Origin: Octopus bimaculoides | Taxonomy: Eukaryota | DNA length: 64,000 nt | Direction: 5' to 3' | Assembly: GCF_001194135.2 (NCBI RefSeq) | Contig: NC_068984.1 | Location: 126,526,260 to 126,590,259 of the forward strand | Shown here: piece after piece, positions 37,645-49,009 of the stretch | Layout of the letters: every line of letters begins with the position of its first letter | Numbering within the stretch: position 1 is the first letter of the stretch | Made by a program: the position numbers and the translations under genes | The notes under the pieces: model-generated | What the model was told of the DNA's origin: nothing | What the model saw: only the letters and a program-made list of their open reading frames with translations | Database searches by the model: none

Positions 37645-37830
37645 GTGATGGTGGTGGTGGTGGTGGTGGTGGTGGTGGTGACGATGGCAGCTGTGTTGGT
37701 GGTTGTGTTGATATCAGAAGTGACAGTAGTGGTTGTGGCAACAATAAAATTCGTCTGTACTGTTCAATGTGGGTTAAAGACAATTGTGGAAGGTGGAGGA
37801 GGAGGAGGAGGAGGAGGAGTTGTTAGTGAT
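36875..37830. repeat. Compound microsatellite block: (TATC)n, (TC)n, (TA)n, (CA)n, (GAT)n, (GGT)n, (GGA)n
   Basis: Direct reading. Confidence 0.92.
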
Positions 37831-38249
37831 GACAACTTTATCAATATATGCATATGTGTGTGTATTTCTCACCTACATTTTTCTTATCTTCTTTGCTACC
37901 ATTTTTACAGTTGTCATTCCATTCTTGCATAAATTGGACGGGTTTTCTCCAATACAACATCTGCACCATTTGTTGCAGTTCTTTGTCATCTCTTTGATGA
38001 TGTTCAACTTGAGATTACCTTTAATGTCTTCTTCCAATATCTTCCTTGACTTTTCATAGAAAAGGTTGTTTTGGTCATGAATAACATTTCAATTTCCATC
38101 ATCATCATCATTTAATGTCCACTTTTCCATAGTTGCATGGGTCAGATGGACTTCTATGAGGCAAATAAATCTTCTACATCTGAATTCTCTTTCTGTCACC
38201 AACCTTCACTTGTTTCCAAGCAAAGTTAGAAATCATCGTCATTATTATT

Positions 38250-38660
38250 AAGGTGGTGAGCTGGTAGAATTGTTAGCACAGCAGACAAAATACTTAGTGG
38301 CATTTTGTATGTCTTTACATTCTAAGTTCAAATTCCGCCGAGGATGACTTAATCTTTCATCCTTTTGGGGTTGATAAAATAAATACTAGTTGAGCACTAG
38401 GATTGATTTAATCGATTTAATCCCTCCCCACAAACTGCTGGCCTTGTGCTAAAATTTGAAACTATTGTACCACCTGACTGGCTCTCGTGCCGGTGGCATG
38501 TAAAAGCATCCATTACACTCTTGGATTGGTTGGCGTTAGGAAGGGCATCCAGCTGTAGAAACTCTGCTAGATCAGATTGGAGCCTCTTGCAGCCATCTGG
38601 CTTGCCAGTCTTCAGTCAAACCGTCCAACCCATGCCAGCATGGAAAGCAGACGTTAAATG

Positions 38661-38665
<5 letters not shown>
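38250..38665 (+). mobile_element. Family B SINE (38250-38462) followed by family C RTE-tail repeat (38470-38665) and (TAT)n
   Basis: Homology to 19944-20168 and to 23790-23945. Confidence 0.75.
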
Positions 38666-38716
<51 letters not shown>

Positions 38717-40563
38717 CCTTTGCCTTTCGTCCTTTCAGGGTCAATAAAATAAGTGCCAGTTGAAGTGCTGGGGTCAATGTAATTGGCTTAACCTTCCTCC
38801 GCCCAAATTGCTTGCCTTGTGTCAAAATTTGAAACCATTATTGTCATCATCATCAACATCAATAACAATCATGGGATTTTACTGACTGAATTACTAGATT
38901 CTTGAAAGTTAAATATGAAACTGCCAAATTTGATCATAAACTTAAATCATGTCTTCATGAACCAAAGCTAACTACATCTTCTCACCTTGACAACAAACAG
39001 AGGTCATGGGGGGGGGGGGATTTCTTAGATGTCACCATCGTTAACCAGAACTTTTTGAAGTTCCAATTAGCCTTCTATTATGTTAAGCCGAAAAGAAAAA
39101 CAAGATTTCTATCTGTAAAAGAAGCAAAGAGATAAAATGTACAACATTTGTGAAGCGATGATTATAATGAACAGAAATAGAAATAATTTCAGAAGATGTT
39201 TCGTAATTCACTTTCTCAGTGAAATTCGGGAATCTAAGCTGTTACATATTTTTACTAATCTTACTTTTAGCCAACATTAAAATAAATCTGAAGAAATCTT
39301 ATTTGCAGCTGTTAAAAATAGCTCTTTATGTATTCACTGCAGGTTTTTTTGCAAGGGCTGCAACTGGCACAGATCAACACAGCTAATTGGTAAGCTATAG
39401 AAATTGTAGAACGTTGCACCATTGCAGGCGTAATATGGTTTCTTATATCAAACAGTGATTACAGAAAAAGGAAGTGTGGGTAAAATATATTTGAAATATA
39501 AACCAAAAGGGAAAAAAAACCCCTTCAAATAAATCTGAACTCTGAAAGATCATTGCTATGTTAGTGATATCTATTATGCATTTAATGTGGTAACACCTGA
39601 GGTGAATATTCAAGTAAGGAGGCAATCTCATGCTGAAGTAATACTTATTGTTAAAGTGGGATTCTGCATATTTCATATGAGTAATTCACCAGTGAATAAT
39701 TCCCATAGCAATTCACTGCACCCAACACATCATAATTCTTACAACTCCTTGAGCTCCCAGTGAAAATATTCAAATATAACCTATGTTTTTTACTGCAATA
39801 CACATTTTTTCCCAACAAGCTATACATTTAACAGTAGTGATTACTTTCTAACATAACCTATAGTTTTCACAGCAGTATATAGTTACCTCAGTAAGTTATT
39901 GCAACCTTTCATTCCCACAATAATATGTAATAAATAATAGAAAATAATAGAAAACCTTATATTCCTTGTAAAGGTGCCTGGCTTAGTAGTTAGGGTGTTG
40001 TACTCCTAATCATCAGATATTGGGTTCAGTTTCTGGACCAGGCAGCATGTTGTGTTCTTGAGCAAAACATTTCCACATTATTCTAGTGCTATTTGGGGAC
40101 CAGCATGTCACAGAATAAACCCAAGATTTCCTCTGTATCTCATCAAAGGCAACTAAAAGAGGTTGAGCTGGGATTTGCACTCTGACCGCATAAAACCCTC
40201 ACCAGCAACAGATGACCCATAACAGACCCATGGGTTGGAGGGATGTCACCTGAGTGGTACAAAGGTATTGTCTGTCAGGAGTAGTAGGGATTCACCAGCA
40301 AATGGTGTATGCAGTGATGTGCTGTTACAGTGCATGTCCCCATACTGCTTACAGACCTTTCAGTAACTTCTAGCAATCATTACTTCTCATTTATAGTTTC
40401 TTCTGAAACATATGTAGCCAATTTAACTTCATGGTACCATGTATATTGCTATAACCTTCATAATATTTAATAGCTTCTACAGAAGTATATAGGTCCAACA
40501 ACAGTTTATGTGTCAAGCAGTTGGATTAAACTTAAAAACAATATTGTTGTGAAGTATACTTAT

Positions 40564-40614
<51 letters not shown>

Positions 40615-41515
40615 NNNNNNNNNNNNNNNNNNNNNNNNNNNNNNNNNNNNNNNNNNNNNNNNNNNNNNNNNNNNNNNNNNNNNNNNNNNNNNNNNNNNNN
40701 NNNNNNNNNNNNNNNNGGGGGGGGGGGGTGTAAGTGCTCCTCCTCCTCCTTCAATAATTCTGCCTCAAAATCTATTCCTTTTGAAGCCATGCTGGTATAG
40801 TATCTTTATGACCATTAAGGTCTATAGTGTAAAATTTATCTGTGCATGAAAGAAAATGGAAAAGACCTGCATACAGTGCTGTTAACGGAGGTTTAACAAC
40901 ATTGTTTCACACAAAAACGTGAGTCCAAGAAGTAAACCTTCTTTCAAGGCAAAGCTAGAAATGCAACTGTCAAGTAGTAAAGAGGTTTTAAACAGGAGTG
41001 ATATATTCAAAATTGGTAAAACTAAAAATTGTCAAGGATAAATTAGATTTATTATTGTTACTGAATATGTTAATGTTATTTAATTTCTGAAGTTTCGCTG
41101 CCATTTGTTTATGTAGTTTGATTTCTTTATCCATCAGTTTCTATTAAGATAGAGACGCGAATAAAATTAATAATAGAGAAATGAAATTAAAACTTTGGAA
41201 ACAGCAATGCCACCATAGCTTATGTGGAGATCATGAGTGTACTTTGAAGGGAGATAATCAGAGAAAGACTTGAAAGTGACCGTAAGATCATAATACTTCA
41301 TGTAAAGTAAATATAACCAATAATCCAGAATCCTTGTCCAGTACTGGATTGATCCCAAAATCTAATCAGTTTGTGCCAGTCGCAGGGCCAAATATCCCTG
41401 AAAGTTTCATCCGAATCCATCCAGCCATTTTTGAGATATCTTGTCCACAGACAAACAAACAAATAAACATGACTGAAAACAATACTTTCACCTTTGCTAA
41501 GGCAGAGGTAATAAT

Positions 41516-42235
41516 GGTTTCAGATTCTAGCACAAGGCCAGCAATTTTAGGTGAAGGAGGTTAGTCAACTACATTGATCCAAGTACTTTATTTTATTGAC
41601 CCTGAAATGATAAAAGGCAAAGTTGACCTTGATAAAATTTGAACTTAGAATGTAAAAAAAAAAATGAGAAGAAATGTTGCTAAGCACTTTTCCCAATGCA
41701 TTAACAATTCTGCCCGATTGCTACCTTACTACTACTACTACTAATAATAATAATAATAATAATAATAATAGTAATAATAATAATAATCCTCTCTTATTTT
41801 TGCACAAGGCCAGCAGTTTTAAGGAGTAAGGGAGTTGATTACATTGCCACTCCCCCCCCCCATCATGGTGTTCAACTGGTACTTGTTTTATTGACCCTGA
41901 AAGGATGAAAGATAAAGTCAACCTCGGTGGAATTTGAACTCACAACATAAAGACAGACAAAATGCTATTAAGCATTCTGCCCAGCATGCTAATGATTCTG
42001 CCAGCTCACTGCCATAACAACAACAATAATGGTTTCAAATTTGGCACAAGGCCAGCAATTTCAGGGGAGAGGATAAGTCAATTACATTGACCCCCAGTGC
42101 TTGAATGATACCTATTTTATTGACCCTGGAAGATAGTTGGCCTTGGTGGAATTTGAACTCAGAACGTAAAGACAGATGAAATGCCACAAAGTATTTTGTC
42201 CAGTGTGCTAACGATTCTACCAGCTCACTGCCTTA
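41516..42235 (-). mobile_element. Three tandem family B SINE copies separated by (TAA)n/(CAA)n
   Basis: Copies at ~41516-41727, 41787-42015 and 42030-42235, all in the same orientation. Confidence 0.82.
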
Positions 42236-42639
42236 ACAACAACAGCAACAACAAGAATGATCATAGTAATCCTCAACTACTATTTCACTGATTTAAATTT
42301 TTTTTGATGTTTTTTTTTAAAGAAAAACTGTTCTGTCAGAGGATTAATAAATGATTGTTAATAATTCAAGAAATCAAGTGTTCAATAATTAATATCTTTA
42401 TTTCTTTTGTTTAAAAAAAGATAGAAACTAATCATAGTATAACGGTTTCAACAAATCATTTCAAAGAAAATAAAAATAATGAAAATGAACAAACAGAAAC
42501 ACAATACATAATAGAAAATCATTAAATAAAAATCGAGACAAAAAAATGACAAAACAATGTAGGAAATTTTAAAAAATCAAAAATAACAAATATAGAAAAA
42601 ATAATTCGTAAAACATGGAAAATTATATAAAATTATTAT

Positions 42640-43214
42640 ATGATAAAAAAAGGACAGTTTTATTTTAATTGAAAGTTTCGATTTTAAATCTTCAGTGATT
42701 TTTAATTCTATAATTTCATTTCTTATTTTTTTTCCTTGAGAATGAAAGAGAATGTTCATGATCATATTGCTCAACAGTGATGTTGTCTACTTTGAATTGA
42801 AATATTAGCTTAGCTTGTCTGCTGTAGTCCTTAATTAACACCAAAATTGACAAATTCTAAAAATTGTGGTGAATATTTGATTGAAGATGTCGATAATCGA
42901 GTTACTTGTTGTCGAAATCTTCATTTGCATTCCTAATTATCTCCTTGCATAGATTTTCATGTATTCTTTTGCAGTTACCATGTTTGTATGTATAAGTTTA
43001 CAGAAGTGGGTGCCATGTTAGATCTAAATGTTTCTCATTTCTAGCTCCTAACATGATTTTAATCTGCTTATTTCCTTTGCCTGATATTAAAACACATTTT
43101 TGGTTTCTGTCTGTCTGTTTATATCCTTCTCTCACTTACCCTTACTTACACTCACATACAAATTCTCTCTTCCTCTCTTACACTACACATCTATATCTCT
43201 CTCTTTCTCACACA

Positions 43215-43271
<57 letters not shown>

Positions 43272-43641
43272 TCTCACACACACAGTCATACATATATGCT
43301 CTATTTCTCTTACGCACATCTACAAACATCTTAAAATGGGCTATGTCCCATGATGCTTTGCTACAAGAGTTGTAAGATATTCTCCGCGCTGTATGTATGT
43401 GTGGTGTGGTGTGTATGCATGTGCTTTTATGTGTATGTACTATGTGTGTGTGTGTGTGTGTGTGTATATAAATGTGTGTGTTAGATTGGTTGGGTGGGAG
43501 ATAAGAAGTTTTGGCTTGTATATTGAAGTTTAAACTGTTGTACAGTACTGTATATGCATGTATATGTGTATATTTTTACATACACACACACACACACACA
43601 TGTACATACATTTATCTGTTTATCAATGTGTGTGTTGTCCA

Positions 43642-43680
<39 letters not shown>

Positions 43681-44970
43681 TGGTTATCTCTTTTCTATTA
43701 ACAACCCTAACAAATGGGAACCACATGTATATATAATACATTTTTCAATTAATTTATTTCAGCCACAGAATTTTAGCACATTTCAAGTTATAAACAATCA
43801 GATGAAGCAAAGTATAAGACATTGATAGTTGAAGGTCCATGCAAAGCCAAAATTGGCAGTAGTGCATCATGAAGTTCTAGTGGTTCTTACAGATGAAACA
43901 GTAAAACAATAACAAAAATTTTCAAAAGAAATAGTTAATAAAAAAACCAAGTTAGAAAATCACTGCTTTACAAATTAGTAATTTCCATGGAACAGGAATT
44001 GTAATCTAGAATAGAGTTGAAGAAATATTGCTTTTATAAGTGATGTGAAATAGAGAATATAGTCAATAATTTGAAAGTGATTTGTTTTTGTTTATCTTTT
44101 TTTTTTTTCTAAATAGGAATAACTTTAGGAATTTATAATGAATTAAGAAAAAACACAAATTTGGAGGGATTGATTAATTAGTAATAGAAATATTCAGCTC
44201 ATATATTTTTCAAGGATTGAAGAAAGCCAGTAATAGTACTATCATAACCAGGACTCTGTTTTGGTTTCTAGTTACCTCTATACAAATAGGCTTAGAAGTA
44301 GTTAATGCTGTTGTGGAAGGTGGTATTTTGTCTAAAAATTCCAATAGACATTTGAGGAGAAATTGAGTGCATTTGTGAAAATGTGTCCTATACTTAAGTA
44401 ATATCTATGAAAAGGTTCTGTGATATGCTCCGCATCTCCTAGGTTTCCACCATATAATCAATAAAATAATCAAGGGATAAATTTGGTTTCGATTTCCTAT
44501 TTAGAGCTTCATTGATAGTTCACCATGTTTTTTTCCGTATCGTTTTTATATTGGGAAAATAAGCTGGAGTAATGGTTGATTTCAGCGTTTTGCATACATT
44601 TTGTAATAAGTCGATTGTAAGATTGAATATTTGTTTTTAAAGATTTTTTTGCTTTGACTCTCTGGATCCTCAATCTTCAACTGCTCGATGTACATGCTAT
44701 TTCTTTCCTTCTTTATTTTTTTTCATAAAAGCTGAAATTCCATTCATCATTCAAGGTTCTTTTCTATGTTTATATTTATTGAACTGAACAATATTTGTGG
44801 GTGTTATCAGTATTTTTTTTTATAACTCTGTGATAGTTGAAAGAAGACATACTGTATCTATATTAACAACTTCACTATCCAGCAGTTGCATTATAGCTTT
44901 TCTCTGCTACTTCGCATTGTAATTGGTCAACATCTAATTTTGTCTACATAGCAACGTAGCAGATTGCTTT
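42640..44970 (-). mobile_element. Ancient CR1/L2-group (Crack/Daphne-like) LINE ORF2 remnant interrupted by microsatellites
   Basis: Minus-strand fragments: SMYIEQLKIEDPESQSKKIFKTNIQSYNRLITKCMQNAEINHYSSLFSQYKNDTEKTW*TINEALNRK, then SPGYD, LLINQSLQ..KVIPI*KK (RT start), then a C-terminal region GTHF..HSLSFSR. Many stops; clade assignment is by recollection of motifs. Confidence 0.65.
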
Positions 44971-44984
44971 AATTTTATTCTATT

Positions 44985-45350
44985 CAGGTCTTATCAATTC
45001 ATATAAAGATTCAAAGATATAAATTGTTGAACCAGGTTATGAAAGTTACAAAAATTGTTATAACTCATTTAATTGGGAAAAGAAATGCAATTTGGCTTTG
45101 TGCCAGGAAGAAGTAAAACTGATGCCTTCTTCCTAATGTGTAACAACTGCAAGATAAGTACTTAGCTAACTGAACATTCTTCTCTTTGGAGAAGGCCTTT
45201 AATAGGATCTCTTGTTATGTGATCTGGTGGTTATTAAGGAATCTAGGATTAGACAACGGACTTGTTGGGGTTGTACAAACCAAGCACAGAATTGTGGTCA
45301 GTAAGGTGAGAGTCAGCAAATAGTTCAGTAACAAATTTAGTGTGCAATTT
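44985..45350 (+). mobile_element. Decayed RTE reverse transcriptase fragment
   Basis: QFGFVPGRSKTDAFFL..QLQDKYLA..EKAFNRI..VIWWLLRNLG..VVSKVRV is the RTE RT subdomain 1-2 pattern. Confidence 0.8.
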
Positions 45351-45624
45351 GGGGGCTACTAAGGTTCATTTTTCAGTCCCCTACATTTATCATAGTCCTC
45401 CAAGTTATAACAAAAATGTTTAAGACCAGTCATCTTTGAAAACTTCTATATGCTAGCTTGTATTGCTGAATCTGTACTAGAATTGGAGAAAACGTTCTAG
45501 ACATGAAAGCAAAACCTGAAATGAAGAGACATCAAATATTTGAACTATACTTTAACCATATAAGTTTGATCAGTCTGAGATGGTGGGCAAAGGTCATGGG
45601 TGCTGTTTTTGTCTTATAAAAAAC

Positions 45625-46460
45625 CCCACACATATAATCATTTATATTCAATGTCCATGTTTCATTAGTATACACTGTCACACATCTTACATACATCACT
45701 TATATGAAGGGGTGCTGAAAAGTTCCTGGCTTTGGGTAACAGAAAGTACAGGAGGATGAGTTAATTATGATTTTATTCAACATATTCCCCTCTCAGACTC
45801 ACACATTGCAGTGGTCTTTCAGTTTTTCTAAGCCTTGTAAAAGAACTCAGAAGGCTAGGCCTCCAACCAGGCCTTTTGCAAAACCTTTAAAGCCAGGAAA
45901 TTTTCAGCACCCTCTCATATATGTCCTCTACATTCTTTGTCCATTTTTCACCAGGATTCACCATCACACATCTTACACTACATATAATCCTCTACATTTA
46001 TTTTCCATGTTTCACTACCATACACCATCACGCATCTTACGTACACCACATATCATCCTCAACATTCATTGTCCTTGTTTCATTTACATGTGAAGTGGTA
46101 TCACAAAGTTTCCAGAAGGTCATTGCTAGCTCTCACTGCATACACAACCGTGTGCTACATCTGCTGGCATTCTACAGAACTAGTCAGAAAACTTTTTGAT
46201 TCTGCCATCACATCTTATACACACCACATATAGTGTACTCCATTCACCGCTCATGTTTCACTACTGTACACCATCACATAATCTTCTACATTTACTCTCC
46301 ATGTTTCACCATTATATGTCTTACACACACCACTCATAATCCTTTACATACACTTCCCATGTTTCTTCCTTACCATACGCCATTACACATTCTTATACAC
46401 ACCATATATAATCCGCCACATTCACTGTCCATGTTTCACTACCATACATCATCCTATTTC
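45625..46460. repeat. Degenerate ~70-bp minisatellite (catcttacacaccacatataatcc..ccatgtttcacta) interrupted by a MITE
   Basis: The motifs ccatgtttcac and catcttac recur at least 6 times on both sides of 45703-45919. Confidence 0.75.
45703..45919. mobile_element. Mariner-type MITE, same family as 12421-12599
   Basis: TIRs tatgaaggggtgctgaaaagttcctgg / ccaggaaattttcagcaccctctcata. Confidence 0.85.
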
Positions 46461-47277
46461 TCACATTGTGTAAGTTAACATTGCACATTTATAAGCACCC
46501 TATCCTCCTCCTTCCTCTCCACTGTAGAATTGTCGGGAAATTTTCAAGCGATAAAATTGATGGCTTAATGTCTTGATATTTAGTTTATGTTATTTTTGCA
46601 CTTAATGGAACAGTTCTAGTGTATGTTTATTTGTTTTTATTGTTGCTATACAATATTTCTTTATTTTATTGTATATTTATTGGTGCCATCTTAAATATGT
46701 CTGCCAAACTTTCCATTGCACACACCAGTCTATTAAAACAAACCAGTTACATCTAATATCTTAATTTAATAGAATCAAACTGTTCTTTCTTTTTTTTTTT
46801 TTTTTTCATTACCATTCCAGAAAAACAATGTATTTGTAAATGTTCCACAAGGAATTGTATAAACATTGTCCAAATGCTGAATTGTTTATAGCAATTGTCT
46901 AGTCATTATTTTTCTGTAAAATAGCCCAGCTGACCTCTTGTGAAATACATCATGGGGAATGGAAAAATGGTCTTTGAACACTTTTTCTATTTTCACCATA
47001 AAATAAAATTTTGTACGTGATTGAATTATACATTCAGAGATTATATATGTGTGTGTGTGTGTTTGTGTATTTGTAGACATGGTCGTGTGGTTTCGGATTC
47101 AGTCACACTATGTGGCTCCTTGGGCAAGTATCTTCTAGTATAGCTCTGGGCTGACTAAAGCCAAAGCCTTGTGAGTGGATTTGGTAGTCAGGACCTGAAA
47201 GACGAATATATATATATATGTGTGTGTATGTTTGTCTCTCCTTGTTTTTATATTGCATGATTGTTGTAAATTCCCAA

Positions 47278-47427
47278 TATTAAAGCTGAACAGAAAATCT
47301 TCACAAACTGTTACTCAGAGTTTCATGTGACCACTCGTCAGAGAGTTGTGATAATACTCGCAAATGTCTGACAACAGTCATATGAAACTCTAAGTAACAG
47401 TTTGTGAAGATTTTTTGCAACTTTAAT

Positions 47428-47428
<1 letters not shown>
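47278..47428. repeat. Foldback element made of two inverted hammerhead-like units (Penelope pseudo-LTR type)
   Basis: Arms tattaaagctgaacagaaaatcttcacaaactgttactcagagtttcatgtgac and gtcatatgaaactctaagtaacagtttgtgaagattttttgcaactttaata are near reverse complements. Confidence 0.85.
47301..47351 (-). ncRNA. Putative minimal type I hammerhead ribozyme
   Basis: Minus strand: tcacaactct (stem I) CTGACGA gtg-gtca-cat (stem II) GAAA c-tc-t-ga-GT (palindromic stem III ACTCTGAGT) A (GUA triplet) acagtttgtga (stem I partner). All invariant core nucleotides are present; manual fold only. Confidence 0.68.
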
Positions 47429-47458
<30 letters not shown>

Positions 47459-47831
47459 TTTCCTTTGTCTTGTTTCTGTCTATCCATGGTTATATTTTTA
47501 GCAAAAAATAAATATTATTTTCTATATCATCATCATCATCATCGTCATTATTTTAGCGTTCACTTTTCCATGCTTGCATGGGTCAAATGAAATTTACACA
47601 TACCAAATGAAATATCTACATGCATATTATTGAACCATTGGTACACAGTCTCCCAACCATTTATATGCATGCATAGTCTACTTTTGGTTTCTAGTTCCAA
47701 TTTCAGCTTATTGGCTAAATATAAGTTTCTTTCAGAAAAATTGTTTGCTATACAATTCCTTCGGGTGATTGGAAAACAAACTTCTTAACCACACAGCCAG
47801 GCCTGTGCCTCTCTCTCTCTCTCTTTCTCTC

Positions 47832-47884
<53 letters not shown>

Positions 47885-47906
47885 AACACACATATATATA
47901 TATACA

Positions 47907-47946
<40 letters not shown>

Positions 47947-47956
47947 NNNNNNNNNN

Positions 47957-48005
<49 letters not shown>

Positions 48006-48072
48006 GTATATATGTATGTTGGGGCAAACAGGAAAAATAGAACTCAAAGTATGAGTATATGTATATTTTTAT

Positions 48073-48236
48073 TAACAGTTAGCAGAAGAAACAGAGTGAC
48101 TCACTGCCTGAGAGTTTCGTGTGTTGGCACTTTCATGCAGTGGCACTTTTGTACATTGGGACTTATCAAGCTTGATAAATACCAATGTATGAAACTCTCA
48201 GACCTTGGGTCACTCTGTTACTTTTGCTAAATGTTT
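48073..48236. repeat. Foldback element with a central perfect 16-bp palindrome and decayed hammerhead-like units
   Basis: Outer arms ttagcagaagaaacagagtgactc..ctgagagtttc / gaaactctcagac..gtcactctgttacttttgctaa. ttatcaagcttgataa at 48163-48178. Confidence 0.75.
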
Positions 48237-48440
48237 ATGTGTGTGTGTGTGTGTGCATGTGTGCGTGTGTGTTTGTGTGTATGTATTCTTTCTAAGCTTT
48301 CTCCTGTGGAAAATGAGAAAGTGTTGCTTTGTGTGTGTGTGGTTTGTGGGGGGGATGTGCTTGAGTTGTGTGGGCCTGGTCAGCCATTAGAGAACTCACA
48401 GGAATCGACCCATGATATGGCTATTGTTCACAACAGAACA

Positions 48441-48632
48441 TGTGCAACATGTGGAAAGGTGTGCCTCTCAATTGGAAGATTGAAAAGGCATGTCAAAAGA
48501 GTTCATACTGTGGCACTTGTGCCTTCTGCCAGCCAGCACAGCTGTGCATCATGCAATAAAATGTGCAAAACTTTCACTGAGCTCAAGAGTCATACAAGAA
48601 CCTCACATTGCATTAATAATGACTCATTTTAG
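48441..48632 (+). pseudogene. ORF end with two C2H2 zinc fingers, probably the C-terminus of a 5'-truncated RTE-like LINE
   Basis: CATCGKVCLSIGRLKRHVKRVH (48441-48506) and CASCNKMCKTFTELKSHTRTSH (48543-48608), both C-x2-C-x12-H-x4-H. No TGEKP linker. Stop at 48630-48632, short 3' segment, then (TA)n. Confidence 0.55.
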
Positions 48633-49009
48633 TGATTCTTTCTAGCAATGGCTTTGCTCGTATATGAGGAAGCAGCTAAGATATATATATTTACAGTAAT
48701 CATCATCATCATGATCCTTGGATGGAATTTATAAATATTTTAATGCATTGCATTATTAATGCGATGCATTAGAATATTTATAAATTCTATCCAAGGGTTA
48801 TTGTTATTATTATTATTATTATTATTATCATTATTATTATTATTATTACTATATTTATCCTACATTATATCAACACAGCTCTGTGCAACTCCAAAAAACT
48901 GGTAGTGCTACTTGACATCATTAGGCTGTAACTGGCATAATAAAATGGCTTTTGTATGCATATTCAAAACGTTTCCCATAAATGAACTTAAAGGATATAT
49001 ATACTCTTT

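Noticed and set aside
42680-42710. CTGAAGA..CGAAAC hammerhead-like motif on the minus strand near the old LINE 3' end
   Set aside because: Stem II needs bases from the core, stem III is not complementary, and no adjacent stem I could be formed.
46540-47030. Possible decayed mariner 3' fragment
   Set aside because: Only a vague resemblance; I could not read a diagnostic motif or TIR pair.
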